From contig CAVXYC010000028.1 of assembly GCA_963765765.1 (NCBI GenBank), forward strand, positions 32,001 through 96,000: a stretch of DNA of 64,000 nucleotides. The letters are read 5' to 3'. A program made the translations under genes and the position numbers. This document shows positions 11,901 to 22,968 of the stretch, in pieces; the first letter of the stretch is position 1, and each line of letters begins with the position of its first letter. Source of the stretch: an uncultured Chloroflexia bacterium (GTDB lineage: Bacteria; Chloroflexota; UBA6077; JACCZL01). The notes below the pieces were generated by a model. It did not search any database, was not told where the DNA came from, and saw only the letters and a program-made list of their open reading frames with translations.

Positions 11901-12075
11901 AGGACGCCCCTCAGAACGCGGGGCCGGCAACCGCCAAACACGGTGTCGTGCCTATGCGGCCGCCTGGTATGCCAAGCCCGCGTGGGGACACGGCGGATAT
12001 CCAGGTGGCGGCCGGAAGCGACGTAGCTCCGGCGAATGTCCGTCCTGCGCTGATTCGAGGGCGCACCGGGGTCCT
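11901..12075 (+). ncRNA. Candidate structured ncRNA: long imperfect rod hairpin (possibly 6S-like)
   Basis: Arms ~11905-11973 and ~11995-12063 pair over most of their length; G-U pairs favour the + strand. Confidence 0.4.
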
Positions 12076-12972
12076 CACCTTTGCGCCGAGAAGCCCACCA
12101 GAAGGACGCCGGCCACAATCACTCCCACGCCTATAAGCTGCGTGCGCCGAAGTCGCTCTCCAAGTAGCCCCGCGGAGAGCAAAGCGACGAATAACGGACT
12201 GCTGCTCAGGATGGGGGCGACGGTGCGCAACGTCGCCCGCTTTCAGGGCGCTGAACTGAAACCAGAACGCTCCAACGTCGGCGAGCAGTCCGGCACAGGC
12301 GGCGCCGAGAAGACCTTTCGGTTTTACTGTTCGCAAGGCGCCGCGCCCGCCCGAGGAGGCAAGGGCAATGACGCCGAGCGACACCCCGAACACGGCGCTG
12401 GCAAGCCCGGTCCGTACGAGATTCACCTGGACCTCGCTCAAGGTCATTACGGCCAGCTTCCAAAGGGGATTGTTAAGACCCCAGCATAGCGCCGTTCCAG
12501 CAGCAAGGGCGATACCAAGGATACTCACGGTCTTTGTGCCGCGGCCGCCAACACTCCCTTGCACAAGCCAGACTCCTACGAGAACGACGACCGCACCGGC
12601 CACGGTGGCCCCGCTGGGTCGCTCTCCGAGCCACACAGCCGCAATGGCAACGGTGACGAGGACGGACACTTGCGTGATTGAAAAGGCGACCGAGATGTCC
12701 AGCCGGCTCACCGCGCGAGTGTAGAGATTCCACGAGATAAGGGGCCCCAGAATCGCTCCGGCAAGCGCATAGCCCAATCCTTCATCCCATTGGAAGGTGG
12801 GCCAGAGATTGAGCCCCGTAGCGATGAGGAGCAGGAAGGTAAGCGAGGTGAGCCATCGAATAGGGAGATACAGCCACGGAGGAATGGCACCCATGGCACC
12901 TTTCGTGGCGATCTGCGCGAATGCTCCTACAATGGCCGACGCCAGGGCGAGAAGCTCAGCGTTTCCGCTCAC
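12075..12972 (-). CDS. DMT/EamA family transporter (frameshift ~12225)
   Basis: Two EamA repeats with WLGERP and LLGERL; corrected frame ends at TGA 12075. Confidence 0.88.
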
Positions 12973-13148
12973 ATGCGTGAGCGCTTACAGACCATACGTT
13001 TTTTGAGCTTCTGATCCAACTCGGAAAGAGCTCGACGTGAGAGTGCGCCGCGCAACCGACGTCGAGCTCCGCGCATCCGCTCAGGCCACGGTGGCCGCAT
13101 GTCCCAATTGAGGGCTTGACCGGCCTACCGTGGCAATGAAGCCTGGTA

Positions 13149-13829
13149 CTAGACCGCGGCGGCCGCTTGCTGTGGTCTACGAGCGCGTGCGGAGCGATAG
13201 TACACCCGCACCTGGTCGCCAACTTTGTCGGGCTGATCCGTCTCAGCCGCGCGAGCCGCATGAAGCACAACTCGGAGCGGAGGCAGAGCGCCTACTTCTT
13301 CCGTAAGTGCAGCGAAAAACGCAGTAATTGCGTCTTCGTCTATCGGTGCGCCCCGGTAGCCCTGGAGTACATCGACAAGCTCTTGGCGTTCTGTCTCGTC
13401 GCGTCGGCGTTGTTCAGCACGCTCACGCAATAGGTCGGTACGGCTTACTGGAGCGGCCGGCGCGGCTGCTGGGCCGGCGGGGGACATCTCCATCTCGGGC
13501 TCAGACCGACGCCATCGAGTATTCGCGCTCTTAGCCGGGCGCTTTCCACGCGCTCCCGCTCGATCCGGATCTTCGAATTCCTCGCCACCACCCTCAAATT
13601 GAGTACGGCGGCCGCGTGGCGATCTTTGATCAACTCTCCGAGCCCCATCGGGGCGCCGGGTCTTCGCCGAACGTGGGCGGGTGGCAAGCGCTGTCCCAGA
13701 GCCTGAGTTATACGCCTCAAACATCGGCTCGTCTGGCTCTTCCGCATCCGGCACCTCAGACGGCGCGAGGCCGCGCTCTTGAAGTGCTCCGAGTTGCTCC
13801 AGTAAAGCCTCTTTCAGTGACTTGGGCAC
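13149..13829 (-). CDS. Hypothetical protein (charged, largely disordered middle)
   Basis: Long ORF, AAGGA RBS before GTG. Confidence 0.7.
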   Translation of the reverse strand: MPKSLKEALLEQLGALQERGLAPSEVPDAEEPDEPMFEAYNSGSGTALATRPRSAKTRRPDGARRVDQRSPRGRRTQFEGGGEEFEDPDRAGARGKRPAKSANTRWRRSEPEMEMSPAGPAAAPAAPVSRTDLLRERAEQRRRDETERQELVDVLQGYRGAPIDEDAITAFFAALTEEVGALPPLRVVLHAARAAETDQPDKVGDQVRVYYRSARARRPQQAAAAV

Positions 13830-14072
13830 ACAGTTCCTTTCCGCGGATGTCATTCCAGCGCTTGCGGCTGGCAGGTCCCTATGAGATGATGCCGAATTGA
13901 GTTTGGACCTCTGGCGCTTGCCCGAGTCTCTAGCACTCAGGATGCGCCGCGACTGAATTTAGCCACAGCACCAAATGCGTTACTCAGGGCTTCTGCTTAG
14001 ATCGCACGCGCGGCCGGAGTCACGCGGCACCAACCGAGACCATGCACACAGTACCGCACCTTGGCACATTAT

Positions 14073-14089
14073 TGCAAGTCCGGTGCCAG
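14073..14089 (-). promoter_or_regulatory. Putative sigma-54 (-24/-12) promoter
   Basis: CTGGCACCGGACTTGCA, GG-N10-GC consensus match in an intergenic region. Confidence 0.45.
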
Positions 14090-14185
14090 TCCACGTGCGT
14101 TTGGCGAAAACTGCGTCTATCGCGAACTCAGTCCCGCCTCATATCTGAAACAATCAAGCCGGTCTCGTGGGACGCCCAAATGGCC

Positions 14186-16036
14186 TTACTGACCAATCGC
14201 TTCCGGCGCGGTGGACGGCAGCTCGGGAGTCGGAGAGGACGACGGCCTCGGGATTCGCTCATCTGGCGTTCTTGGTGCGGAGGGCGATCGAAGTCCAACC
14301 CGTATCTCGCCGCGAGCAGCCGCGAGTCCCATTAAGACGATGAGGCGATCCTGGCCTCGTAACACTGGCACGTAGTCGATTGCTCGGCCATTAACGCGAA
14401 CCGAGTCCACTTCAGATCCATCAGGCACGAGGGCGCTGAGACGCATCTCACCGCTTTTGTTGGACTCGTATGCAATGACCATTTCCTGCTCGGTTGCATT
14501 GTGGGCCATGGCAACCCAGCAGCCGGTGGAAGGCTGCACCACCTGAGCAGCACCGCTTCGACCACCCAACCGCGGGCCCAGCCAGAGGACGTCTGGCTCC
14601 ATGCGCACTCCAAATAGTCCGGCGATAACCGCCTCCGTCACGGTAGCCGCGGCGCCCGCGTAATCCCCTGAACCGGCATCCTTGCGCGTGAGAGCGTGCT
14701 GCCATTCCCAGACATCGCCGCCATGTGATTGCCAATCATCCGCGATCTGCTGCAGATGTTGGAAGCCCAGCCCGGAGAAACCTTGTTGGAACTCAGCGGT
14801 CACTTGCAATCCGCCCCACCAATCCCAGACACCGCCGTTCTGGTAACTCCACGCGCCCATATTGGGATGACCGAAAAGGCCGCTCAAATATGGCTGGGAA
14901 AGCGTCAGACCGGGCTTGGATACGCCGTTCGCTAAGCGTGCACGCTCAAGGTTCTCGACGATCCGCTGGTCGGATACTCCTTCCGTGATTCCGGAATAAA
15001 GCGCGTGCGCGTTCGCGATGCTGACAATGGCGTCCTCGTCAAACGAGTGCGTAAAGGGCGTCAGATGAATGTGCGTACGGAAAAAGCCTCGGGCGGGTTG
15101 CCACAGACTGACTTGCGTCGCAATACGCAGGGCATCAGCACGATCATCGAGAATAACCGCGGTGCCTGCATCGCCGTCCGCGCGATTCATCGCAGCCAGG
15201 TCACGCAATGCCTCGTACGCGATCGACTGATCATAAATCGACGCGGTCCAGACATTTGCATCGACAGGGATGGATCCTCGGGCCGGACCACCCTCCATTG
15301 GCACATCACCCCAATCCGTGGTGTGCCGACGTTTGATTAGTCCGGTCCCGGGATCCGTGCGATTGGCCCATACCCAGTCCATGGCCGCGTTGAGGCGCTG
15401 GAGCACGGTCTTGCCATGAGACGTCTGCTTGAGCCACTCGGCGCCGCCAACCGCTCTGTAATAAACAGAGGCAGCGCGCACCAGACTTGTCTCCTCATCC
15501 GACACGACGGGCATCTTGGACGGTGCATCCGCACGAAGAATCGCAGTGATGGCCCCACGTCCGGGAGTCAAGGCTCCCCAGAGTCGGTCTTCGGGATCGC
15601 CCGGCACCTGGTCGTATTGTGAGCCAATGAAGTCACCCAGGCCGGCCTCGAGAAATTGCGGTCCATAGAAGTACTGCACCGCGGGCAGCATGGTCGAGAC
15701 GTCCCGAATGTAGACCTCCGGGTAGTCCGCTCCGGGGCGAAAACTGGAAACGGGGCTCACAAACCCATCGAACTGAACTTCCATGCGTTGCCACGTTCGC
15801 ATGGCGGAATCTCGCATGGCCTCAATGGATGGAACGCCGTCCACTCGCCATGTCGTCTGGCGCTGCATGGCAGGATCCACCGGACAACGCTGCGGGCGGT
15901 AATTCAGTGAGCCGACGTCAGATGCACGGTAGGCCGCCCAAAGGGTGTCAGATCGGGCGTCCGCGTAAGTCGTTTCAGGAACCCACCCGTGCACGAAGGA
16001 CGTAAAGGTAACGATAAACGTCAGGAGCGAGCGCAC
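14186..16036 (-). CDS. Exported six-hairpin (alpha/alpha)6 glycosidase-like protein
   Basis: VYIRD, TTDWGD, YQNGGVWDW, VWEW motifs; hydrophobic N-terminus. Confidence 0.7.
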   Translation of the reverse strand: MRSLLTFIVTFTSFVHGWVPETTYADARSDTLWAAYRASDVGSLNYRPQRCPVDPAMQRQTTWRVDGVPSIEAMRDSAMRTWQRMEVQFDGFVSPVSSFRPGADYPEVYIRDVSTMLPAVQYFYGPQFLEAGLGDFIGSQYDQVPGDPEDRLWGALTPGRGAITAILRADAPSKMPVVSDEETSLVRAASVYYRAVGGAEWLKQTSHGKTVLQRLNAAMDWVWANRTDPGTGLIKRRHTTDWGDVPMEGGPARGSIPVDANVWTASIYDQSIAYEALRDLAAMNRADGDAGTAVILDDRADALRIATQVSLWQPARGFFRTHIHLTPFTHSFDEDAIVSIANAHALYSGITEGVSDQRIVENLERARLANGVSKPGLTLSQPYLSGLFGHPNMGAWSYQNGGVWDWWGGLQVTAEFQQGFSGLGFQHLQQIADDWQSHGGDVWEWQHALTRKDAGSGDYAGAAATVTEAVIAGLFGVRMEPDVLWLGPRLGGRSGAAQVVQPSTGCWVAMAHNATEQEMVIAYESNKSGEMRLSALVPDGSEVDSVRVNGRAIDYVPVLRGQDRLIVLMGLAAARGEIRVGLRSPSAPRTPDERIPRPSSSPTPELPSTAPEAIGQ

Positions 16037-16038
16037 TA

Positions 16039-17707
16039 TCACGATGCGCCCTGAGAATCGAGGAAGCACACTATCACCGAACGAGAGAATGCAGACTCTG
16101 GGTTGCGCAAAGTAGACACGATAGTCGCAGCGGCCTTCGCAACGTGCGACACATCCACTGGAATCACTGGATGGCGTACGCGAACGCGTCGAAGCCACTG
16201 TTGTACGAGGCGCATCTCCTCCGCGACCTCGTTAAGATTGGCGCGGGGAAGATCGGCCGATTGAAATGTCGCGTCAAGTATTGAAACGACCTCACTATGT
16301 TCAGCGGTGACGTTGATACGATGAGTCCCAGCAAGCCGATTCTCGCGAATACAGACAAGCTTCTTCAGCCCTGTCCGTTCCGTCGGAAGTATCAACACGA
16401 CGTTCACGGCACGGCAATCTTGCCGCCAGCGCTCATCGCCAACCAGCCGCTCCAATGCGAAGATTCGGTCGCGCAAGGCGGCCGCGGCCTCGAAGTTGAG
16501 GCCGTCCGCTTCATGGTCTCGCCGCCGACGAAGGTAGTCTAAGAGACTCTGGTCATCCCCGCGCAAGAGAGAAAGCGCTGAATCGACCGCATCACAATAT
16601 TGCGATGGCTCGCGATTCAGCCCGCAGGGCCCAAGACAGTGCCGCGGAATCGTTGGCTTGCACTTCACTGGATCTCCGTGAGCGCAGAGGCCGACCGCAT
16701 CTGACAGAGCCCGCAACCCGGATTCAAGCATGCCGCGTGAGCCGAATGGACCGTACACATTGGACGCCTTCACGTCGTAGGCGTCGACGACTCGCAATCC
16801 CGGTAGGGCGACGGTTCGGTCCACCGCCAGATAAGCTCCAAAACGCTCTAATCGGTCGGCGCTGTTTCCGATTGGTTGATACCGTTTGATCAAGCGTGCT
16901 TCGATAAAGAGCGCCTCTAGATCCGTCTCAGTCTCAATGACGTCCACATGACGCACACGACGGATCTCGCGGCGCAGGCGCGCCTGCGGATGCCAGCGGT
17001 GGCGTAAATGCTCCTGCACCCGCCTGCGTAGATTCATGGACTTTCCGACGTAGATCACCCGGCCCGGAAGCGTCCTTCAATAAATACACACCTGCGCCTG
17101 AAGGAAGCCCCTGCCAGAGCTCGGGATTTCGAGGCGCGCGATCGCTCCTGGCACCCATTTCCAGGCAGCTCATAAGTGTTGCGTCGTCGCTCAGGGCAAC
17201 CAGTCGGCGATAGAGCTCGGCCGTTTGTCGTGCGTGCGGAAAAGCGCGATGAGTCGCTTCACGTGACAAATTCAGCGAATCCACTAGCATGTCGAGCCGG
17301 TGACTCTCGAGCTGCGGCATCACGCGGCGGGCGAGACGCAACGTGCACATGCGGCTGGCACTGATCTCGAGCCGAGCTGTTGCCGCGGCCCTACGCAGAA
17401 ATCCGAAGTCGAACGGAAGGTTGTGTGCCAGTAGCACGGCTCCTTCCAGCATCTGCAGGACTCTGGGAATGACATCTTCGAGCCTGGGTGCTTGCTGCAC
17501 CATTGCGTCCGAGATACCGGTCATTCGCTGGATTCGCGGAGGTACCGGCATGCGCGGGTCGAGAAGCGATTGGAATGAATCGACAAGAGTTTCATTCTCG
17601 AATCGCAGCGCTGCAATCTCGATGGCTCTATCGTGGTCGGCGCTGTAACCCGTTGTCTCGAGGTCCAAAACGAGCACAGGTGAAGCGCGCAGCTCTCTCG
17701 GGGTCAT
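16039..17707 (-). CDS. DnaQ-like DEDD exonuclease fused to UvrC/Cho-like GIY-YIG nuclease (frameshift ~17060)
   Basis: LDLETTG, AHNLPFD, HRA; GVY..IYVGKS..LRRRV, Cys cluster, FEAAAALRD UVR motif. Confidence 0.88.
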
Positions 17708-17797
17708 GCCGAAGCCAACCTATCAGCACGCGGCATTGAGCGTCAACGCAAAGATCTGAAATGCGTGGCGCCTTGATGAGATTCTCGCTATGGTATT

Positions 17798-18792
17798 GTG
17801 ATCTCGAGCCCTAGTATGTCCGTTCAGGCTTCTCTCTCTCGACGGCGGTTTATCACCCGTACCGCTCTTGTTAGCGCCACGGCGGCGCTATACCTGACGT
17901 TCCAATCACCTCGTTCCAGAGCACAATCGGGTGGAACGTGGACCATCAGGGCCCCCATGCCATCAAGCCGTGGCGAGGTCGCGGCCGCGCTCGTTCAGGG
18001 ACGTATTCACGTCGTTGGCGCGTACGCGGATGGAAGCAATCTCAATGAAGCCTATGATCCGGCGTCGGACCAGTGGCAATCGCTTGCGCCTCTCCCGCGC
18101 GGTGTACATCACACGAGCGCCGCGTCAATTGGCGGGCGACTCTACGTCGTGGGAGGATACGATACGTCGACGAACGTGCCAGTGACTTCAGCGTTTGTCT
18201 ACGACCCAAGCGTCGATCAATGGGCCGCGATCGCTCCACTGGCCACCGCTCGAGGCGCTCTTGGGATGGTGGCAGTCGGTGACCGTCTGTACGCCATAAG
18301 TGGGGAGGCGGGCCGAAACATTCCGACGAATGAAGTTTATTTGCCGGACGAAGATCGCTGGTACGCTATCCGCCCCATCCCTACGCCGCGAGACCATCTT
18401 TCCGCCGCTGTATGGGATGGCCAGATCTACGTCATTGGTGGACGCGCCTCGAACATGTCAATGAGTCTCACCATGAACGAAGCCTACGATCCGGCGTCCG
18501 ACACGTGGCGGTCATTGGCCCCGATGCTCACGGGACGTAGTGGCATCGCCGGTGCTGCATTGAATGGGCGGGTTTACGTCTTCGGAGGCGAAGACCCCGT
18601 CAAGACGTTCAATGAGAACGAGTCCTACGACGTGGCCACGGACTCGTGGCAATCACATCCGCCGATGCCAACGGCACGGCATGGGCTGGCGGCAGCAACG
18701 TTTGGCGATTCTATATTTGTCCTGGCAGGTGGACACCTCCAGGAGCATCAGAGAGCGATCTCAACGAAGTCTTCCAACCCTCAACAGCCTGA
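17798..18792 (+). CDS. Tat-exported Kelch-repeat protein (frameshift near C-terminus)
   Basis: SRRRFI Tat motif, six Kelch repeats (YVVGG..YDP..W). Confidence 0.88.
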
Positions 18793-18810
18793 TCGACGGT
18801 CCTCGCACCA

Positions 18811-19558
18811 ATGAGCAGCGTCTCTGAGCTCAATGCCCTGTCTCTCGTCGTTGCGCTGGGCGCGGGACTTCTCTCATTCATCTCGCCCTGCGTACTTCCG
18901 CTGGTTCCGGTGTACATCGGATACATCACAGGTACGTCCGCGGCGGATGCGCGAACCACGGCACAAAGCTCTCGATTCGCCGCATTGGCTCCCACAATCG
19001 CCTTCATCTGTGGTCTTGCCGTCGTTTTCATGCTGTTGGGTGCCACCGCCACGGCCGACCGGGCGAGCACTCGCCCAATACCAACCGCTGATCACACGTG
19101 TCGGCGGGCTCGCGGTGATCGTTTTCGGGTTGAACATGGCAGGGGTCGTCAAGATTCCCTGGCTCTACCGCACTGTGCAGGCCGACGTGCGAGGCGTTCC
19201 AAGCCGCGGTTTACTCGGAGCGGCGCTCATGGGCGCGACGTTCGCCGCGGGCTGGGTACCCTGCGTCGGGCCATTTCTGGCCAGCATTCTGGCTCTAGCA
19301 AGTCAGGAGCGCACTGCCGAACAAGGAATGGTGCTGCTCTTCACCTACGCGATAGGCCTGGGATTGCCATTTCTGCTTGTGGGATTTGTCTGGGCCCCCG
19401 CCCTGCGCGGAATCAAGCGAATTCAACCCTGGCTGGGAGCCATAGAGATCCTCAGCGGCATCCTTTTAGTCATCCTGGGGTGCCTGCTGGTAACCGATCA
19501 ATACTCATTTCTTGCAGGACGTCTCACCGAGCTATTCGGCATTGGTCTGGCTCTGTAA
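18811..19558 (+). CDS. ccdA: Cytochrome c biogenesis CcdA/DsbD-type membrane protein (frameshift ~19050)
   Basis: SFISPCVLPL and GWVPCVGP motifs. Confidence 0.9.
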
Positions 19559-19599
19559 TAACGATCGCGAAGCCTAATTCTGTCGCGTGAGCGCGTTCG

Positions 19600-20427
19600 T
19601 CACATCTGGACCGCATGACGTAACGTATCGGCGATTCTTGCAAGGTCTTCGGGCCCCGACGATGCCAGATAACGGACGTTCCCCAGTCTCGTTATAGGTG
19701 CAGCCAGGAAATCGCCTTGGAGTATGCGTTGAGCTTGTCGAGCCACGGGCGCGCCTGTGTCCAGCACCGAGACTTCCGAACCCAACATCGCTTCAATCAC
19801 TGGTCGCAGAAACGCGTAATGCGTGCAGCCGAGCACCAGCACGTCAACCTTCCGCATCCGCACTTGAGCGATGATGGGGCGGAGCACAGAACGAGTCTCC
19901 TCGCCATCGATCGCGGCACGCTCGACCAGCTCGACCAGGCGATCCGGACAGGGAAAAAGCTCCAGCTCAACACCACTCGCGTGCTGTTCGCTGAGTCTGC
20001 GAAGTGAGCCAGACCGAACCGTAGCGTGCGTGGCCATCACCCCGATGCGACCCGTGCGCGTTTTCGCAGTGGCTGGTTTTATTCCAGGCTCGGTGCCAAC
20101 GAAGGGCACCGAAAATCGCTCGCGTAGCGATGTCAGAGCAACCGTAGTAGCGGAGTTACAGGCGACGACAATAAGCTTCACACCCGCATCGACAAGCGTC
20201 TGGCTTGCCCGCGTGGCCAGCTCCACAATCTGACTGTCCGGTCGGGAGCCCCACGGACAGTTCAGCGTGTCGGCAAAGTAAAGAAACGACTCACCGGGCA
20301 TCAGTCTCTGGAGCTCGAACAGCACCGCGAGGCCCCCGACGCCCGAATCGAAGACGCCGATTGGTTGAGAGACTCCCCGCAAGACGCCCCCATCGGCGGT
20401 CGAGTACACAGGTGAGCCGGTGGTCAA
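19600..20427 (-). CDS. murI: Glutamate racemase
   Basis: FDSGVGG, VACNSA, LGCTHY. Confidence 0.96.
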   Translation of the reverse strand: MTTGSPVYSTADGGVLRGVSQPIGVFDSGVGGLAVLFELQRLMPGESFLYFADTLNCPWGSRPDSQIVELATRASQTLVDAGVKLIVVACNSATTVALTSLRERFSVPFVGTEPGIKPATAKTRTGRIGVMATHATVRSGSLRRLSEQHASGVELELFPCPDRLVELVERAAIDGEETRSVLRPIIAQVRMRKVDVLVLGCTHYAFLRPVIEAMLGSEVSVLDTGAPVARQAQRILQGDFLAAPITRLGNVRYLASSGPEDLARIADTLRHAVQM

Positions 20428-20470
20428 TTTGCCTCACCTATAATCTCGACAATTCCCGAGCGAGCGCAGG

Positions 20471-20833
20471 ATGCCGACACAGCCAAGCAAATCACTCCAA
20501 GTTGTCCCCAACCCTCATCCCGACGTCCATTATGAAGTTGAGATGGTGTGTCCAGAGTTCACGTGCGTCTGCCCTATGACGGGCCAACCCGACTTTGCCA
20601 CATTTACCATCACCTATGTCCCCGGACCAAGGATCGTTGAGCTGAAATCACTCAAGCTTTACCTCTGGTCCTTTCGTGACGAAGGCCACTTTCATGAGGA
20701 TGTGACCAACATGGTTCTAAAAGACCTGGTAGCCGCGCTTGACCCGCGGGAGATGCGCATCGACGCCCAATTCAACGTGCGCGGGGGGATTACCACCACA
20801 GTGCGAACGCGGTATCCCGATCGCACGTCCTGA
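20471..20833 (+). CDS. queF: NADPH-dependent preQ0 reductase
   Basis: [32 protein letters not shown]. Confidence 0.96.
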   Translation: MPTQPSKSLQVVPNPHPDVHYEVEMVCPEFTCVCPMTGQPDFATFTITYVPGPRIVELKSLKLYLWSFRDEGHFHEDVTNMVLKDLVAALDPREMRIDAQFNVRGGITTTVRTRYPDRTS

Positions 20834-20852
20834 CGGCGTCCACCAGCCGCCT

Positions 20853-22796
20853 TTACTCGCAGCTCTTGGAAAGGACGATTCGCGGGGCTGGAGTTGGCGG
20901 CGCAGGTGCTGGTGACGCTGAGATCACCGGCGGGCGATCCGGGAATACCCACGCCTCGCCCTCGGTCGTCATGTTTTCAACCCTGATCTGAAGCGAGACC
21001 AGCCTCCTTCCCTCCGGATCGGTAGCCCCGGAAACGTTCACTTCATTGAACTCCCAGACCGGGTAATTCCGGCCCTGCTCAGTGATGAGCTTCCGCGTGG
21101 CCGAGCCCAGCATGACGCTGCGCCCCGATGGTGTTCGGCCCCAGAGCTGAACGTCAGGATTCCATCGGCAGGGGACTGGATCATTCGTCCCCGGCAGCGA
21201 GAGAACCGCCGAAACATTGGCCCACTCCATTTCGTAAGGAGCTTTGTCGTCCACGGGAACGATCGATTCGATGCGAGCGAGAACCCGCTCAGGAAGCGGT
21301 TGGACTGGCTCGTCGATAATGATGGGCTCTCCGCCGATGAGATAAATCGACTGGTCACGCAAGTCCGAATTGTTGGTGGAGCCGCGAAGGGTCACGTAGT
21401 AACGGCCTGAGCGCGGATCCAGAGGCATGGTCTGACCGTACTTTGTGACCAGGGTCGCCCCTTTCGATGCAGCCTCAAAGGATGTCTCCACCTCGGACGG
21501 CGAATTGTTCCAGAGCACAGTCGTTCGTCGATCGCCGCGCTCCATCACGACTTGACTGACCTGTGCCGGCCAGATGAACTGTGTCCGCGTCTTCACGCTA
21601 TCGAGTATGCGATCGATGTCGTCAGGCTTCGCCCGCCGGGCAGCCCCGGCCAGGTGTAATAGGCGCTTTTCACCGCCGCGAAATAGCTAGCCACGACCTG
21701 GAAGGCAGTGTAGGCAGGTCGGGTTGTGCCGTTGTTCCGCACCAGGCCGTAGTACTGGCCTTGCTCGGCCTCCTCGTCCACCATCTTGTAAATCGCCTGA
21801 CGCTCCACACCGGCCGCTATGCCCATGGCGTAGCTCTGAACAACGTACGATGCCTGATCATCCAGCGTGGCCCGCGCCTGTCCCGGGGGAAGTGGCTGCA
21901 CAGGATCATTGAACGGCACGACGTTGCTCTCATTGATCCAGATCGGCTTTTTCATATCGCGAGCTTCCATCCATTGTTTGGCCAACATCGGAATGGTGTA
22001 GGAGTTCAGCGGGTTGCCGTATGTGTGGACCGCCAATATGTCGAAGTAATTGTCGTATTTCTCGCGCTCGCGGTCGTTCTTGAGCACTTCCATGAGGCCC
22101 AACAGGTAGGGCGTCCGACCATATTCTTTGTCCCACCAGTACGTCATTCCGCCGATGATCACCTTGGCGCGTGGGTTCACTTCTTTGACGTTGAGATAGG
22201 CGACTTTGAGCAGCTGTAGGTATTCCTCATATGACCCCGAGAAGGTGTAGCGAATAACCGGATCGTAGAGATCGGGCTCATTCCAGACGATCCAATGATC
22301 CACCACGCCCTGGTGCCGGGCGACGATCTTCCGAACGAATTGTCCCCAATAGTTGTCGGGGTGATCGTGCGGAAGATTCAGATTTCTCGGAATATCAACT
22401 GGTTTGCCCACGGCTGGGTTGGGCGCGGCCCAGTGTGGCGTATAGATGAGTACGCCGACCTGCTCGACGCCTCGCGCCGCTTGAGCCCGAATTTGCGCAT
22501 CCGTGAAATACAGCTCGTTCCACTCGTTGGCGGATTCCTTCTGAATCAGCGACCACGGGAAGATAATTCGCTCCCAGCTTGCACCGGCGATTTAATGCGA
22601 GCTGCGGCGAATGCGCCGCCTGAACGATGCCAAATCGGGAGTCGATGGGATCAACAGGTGGAAGCTTAGCGACGTTGACCGCGTCGGGCTGAGCGAAGTT
22701 GGTGACATTGGGCTGACCGACAGACGTACCAATATTGGTCAGGGGTAGGAACACCCCAACCAGGAGCACGATGAATCGAAGTCGTATGGCCGTCAA
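20853..22796 (-). CDS. Secreted clan GH-A glycoside hydrolase (GH39/GH5-like), frameshifted into 3 ORFs
   Basis: Signal peptide, WIVWNEPD acid/base, FDILAVHTY, KPIWINES nucleophile. Confidence 0.8.
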
Positions 22797-22968
22797 TGTG
22801 TGTGCTTCAAATTAGCGAGAGGCTACCGGCTTCAGGGCAGCTCGCCAATTCGAGATACGCCAGCGCCGTGTAATCAATTGGCGGCACGCAGGCGCGCCAC
22901 CGCGCTCAGAATACCATGCAACAGCGCGGACTCCCGCAACAAGTCCATCACGGCGTAAGACGCTGCGC

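Noticed and set aside
11995-12030. SRP RNA from the CCAGG...GGAAGC motif
   Set aside because: Lacks the conserved helix 8 CAGG-GNRA-AGCAG arrangement.
14061-14076. Plus-strand sigma-54 promoter TTGGCACATTATTGCA
   Set aside because: GG-GC spacing is 9 rather than 10, and there is no credible + strand gene downstream.
20471-20833. 7-deazaguanine DNA-modification (dpd) system
   Set aside because: Lone queF in housekeeping context with no dpdA or other que/dpd genes.
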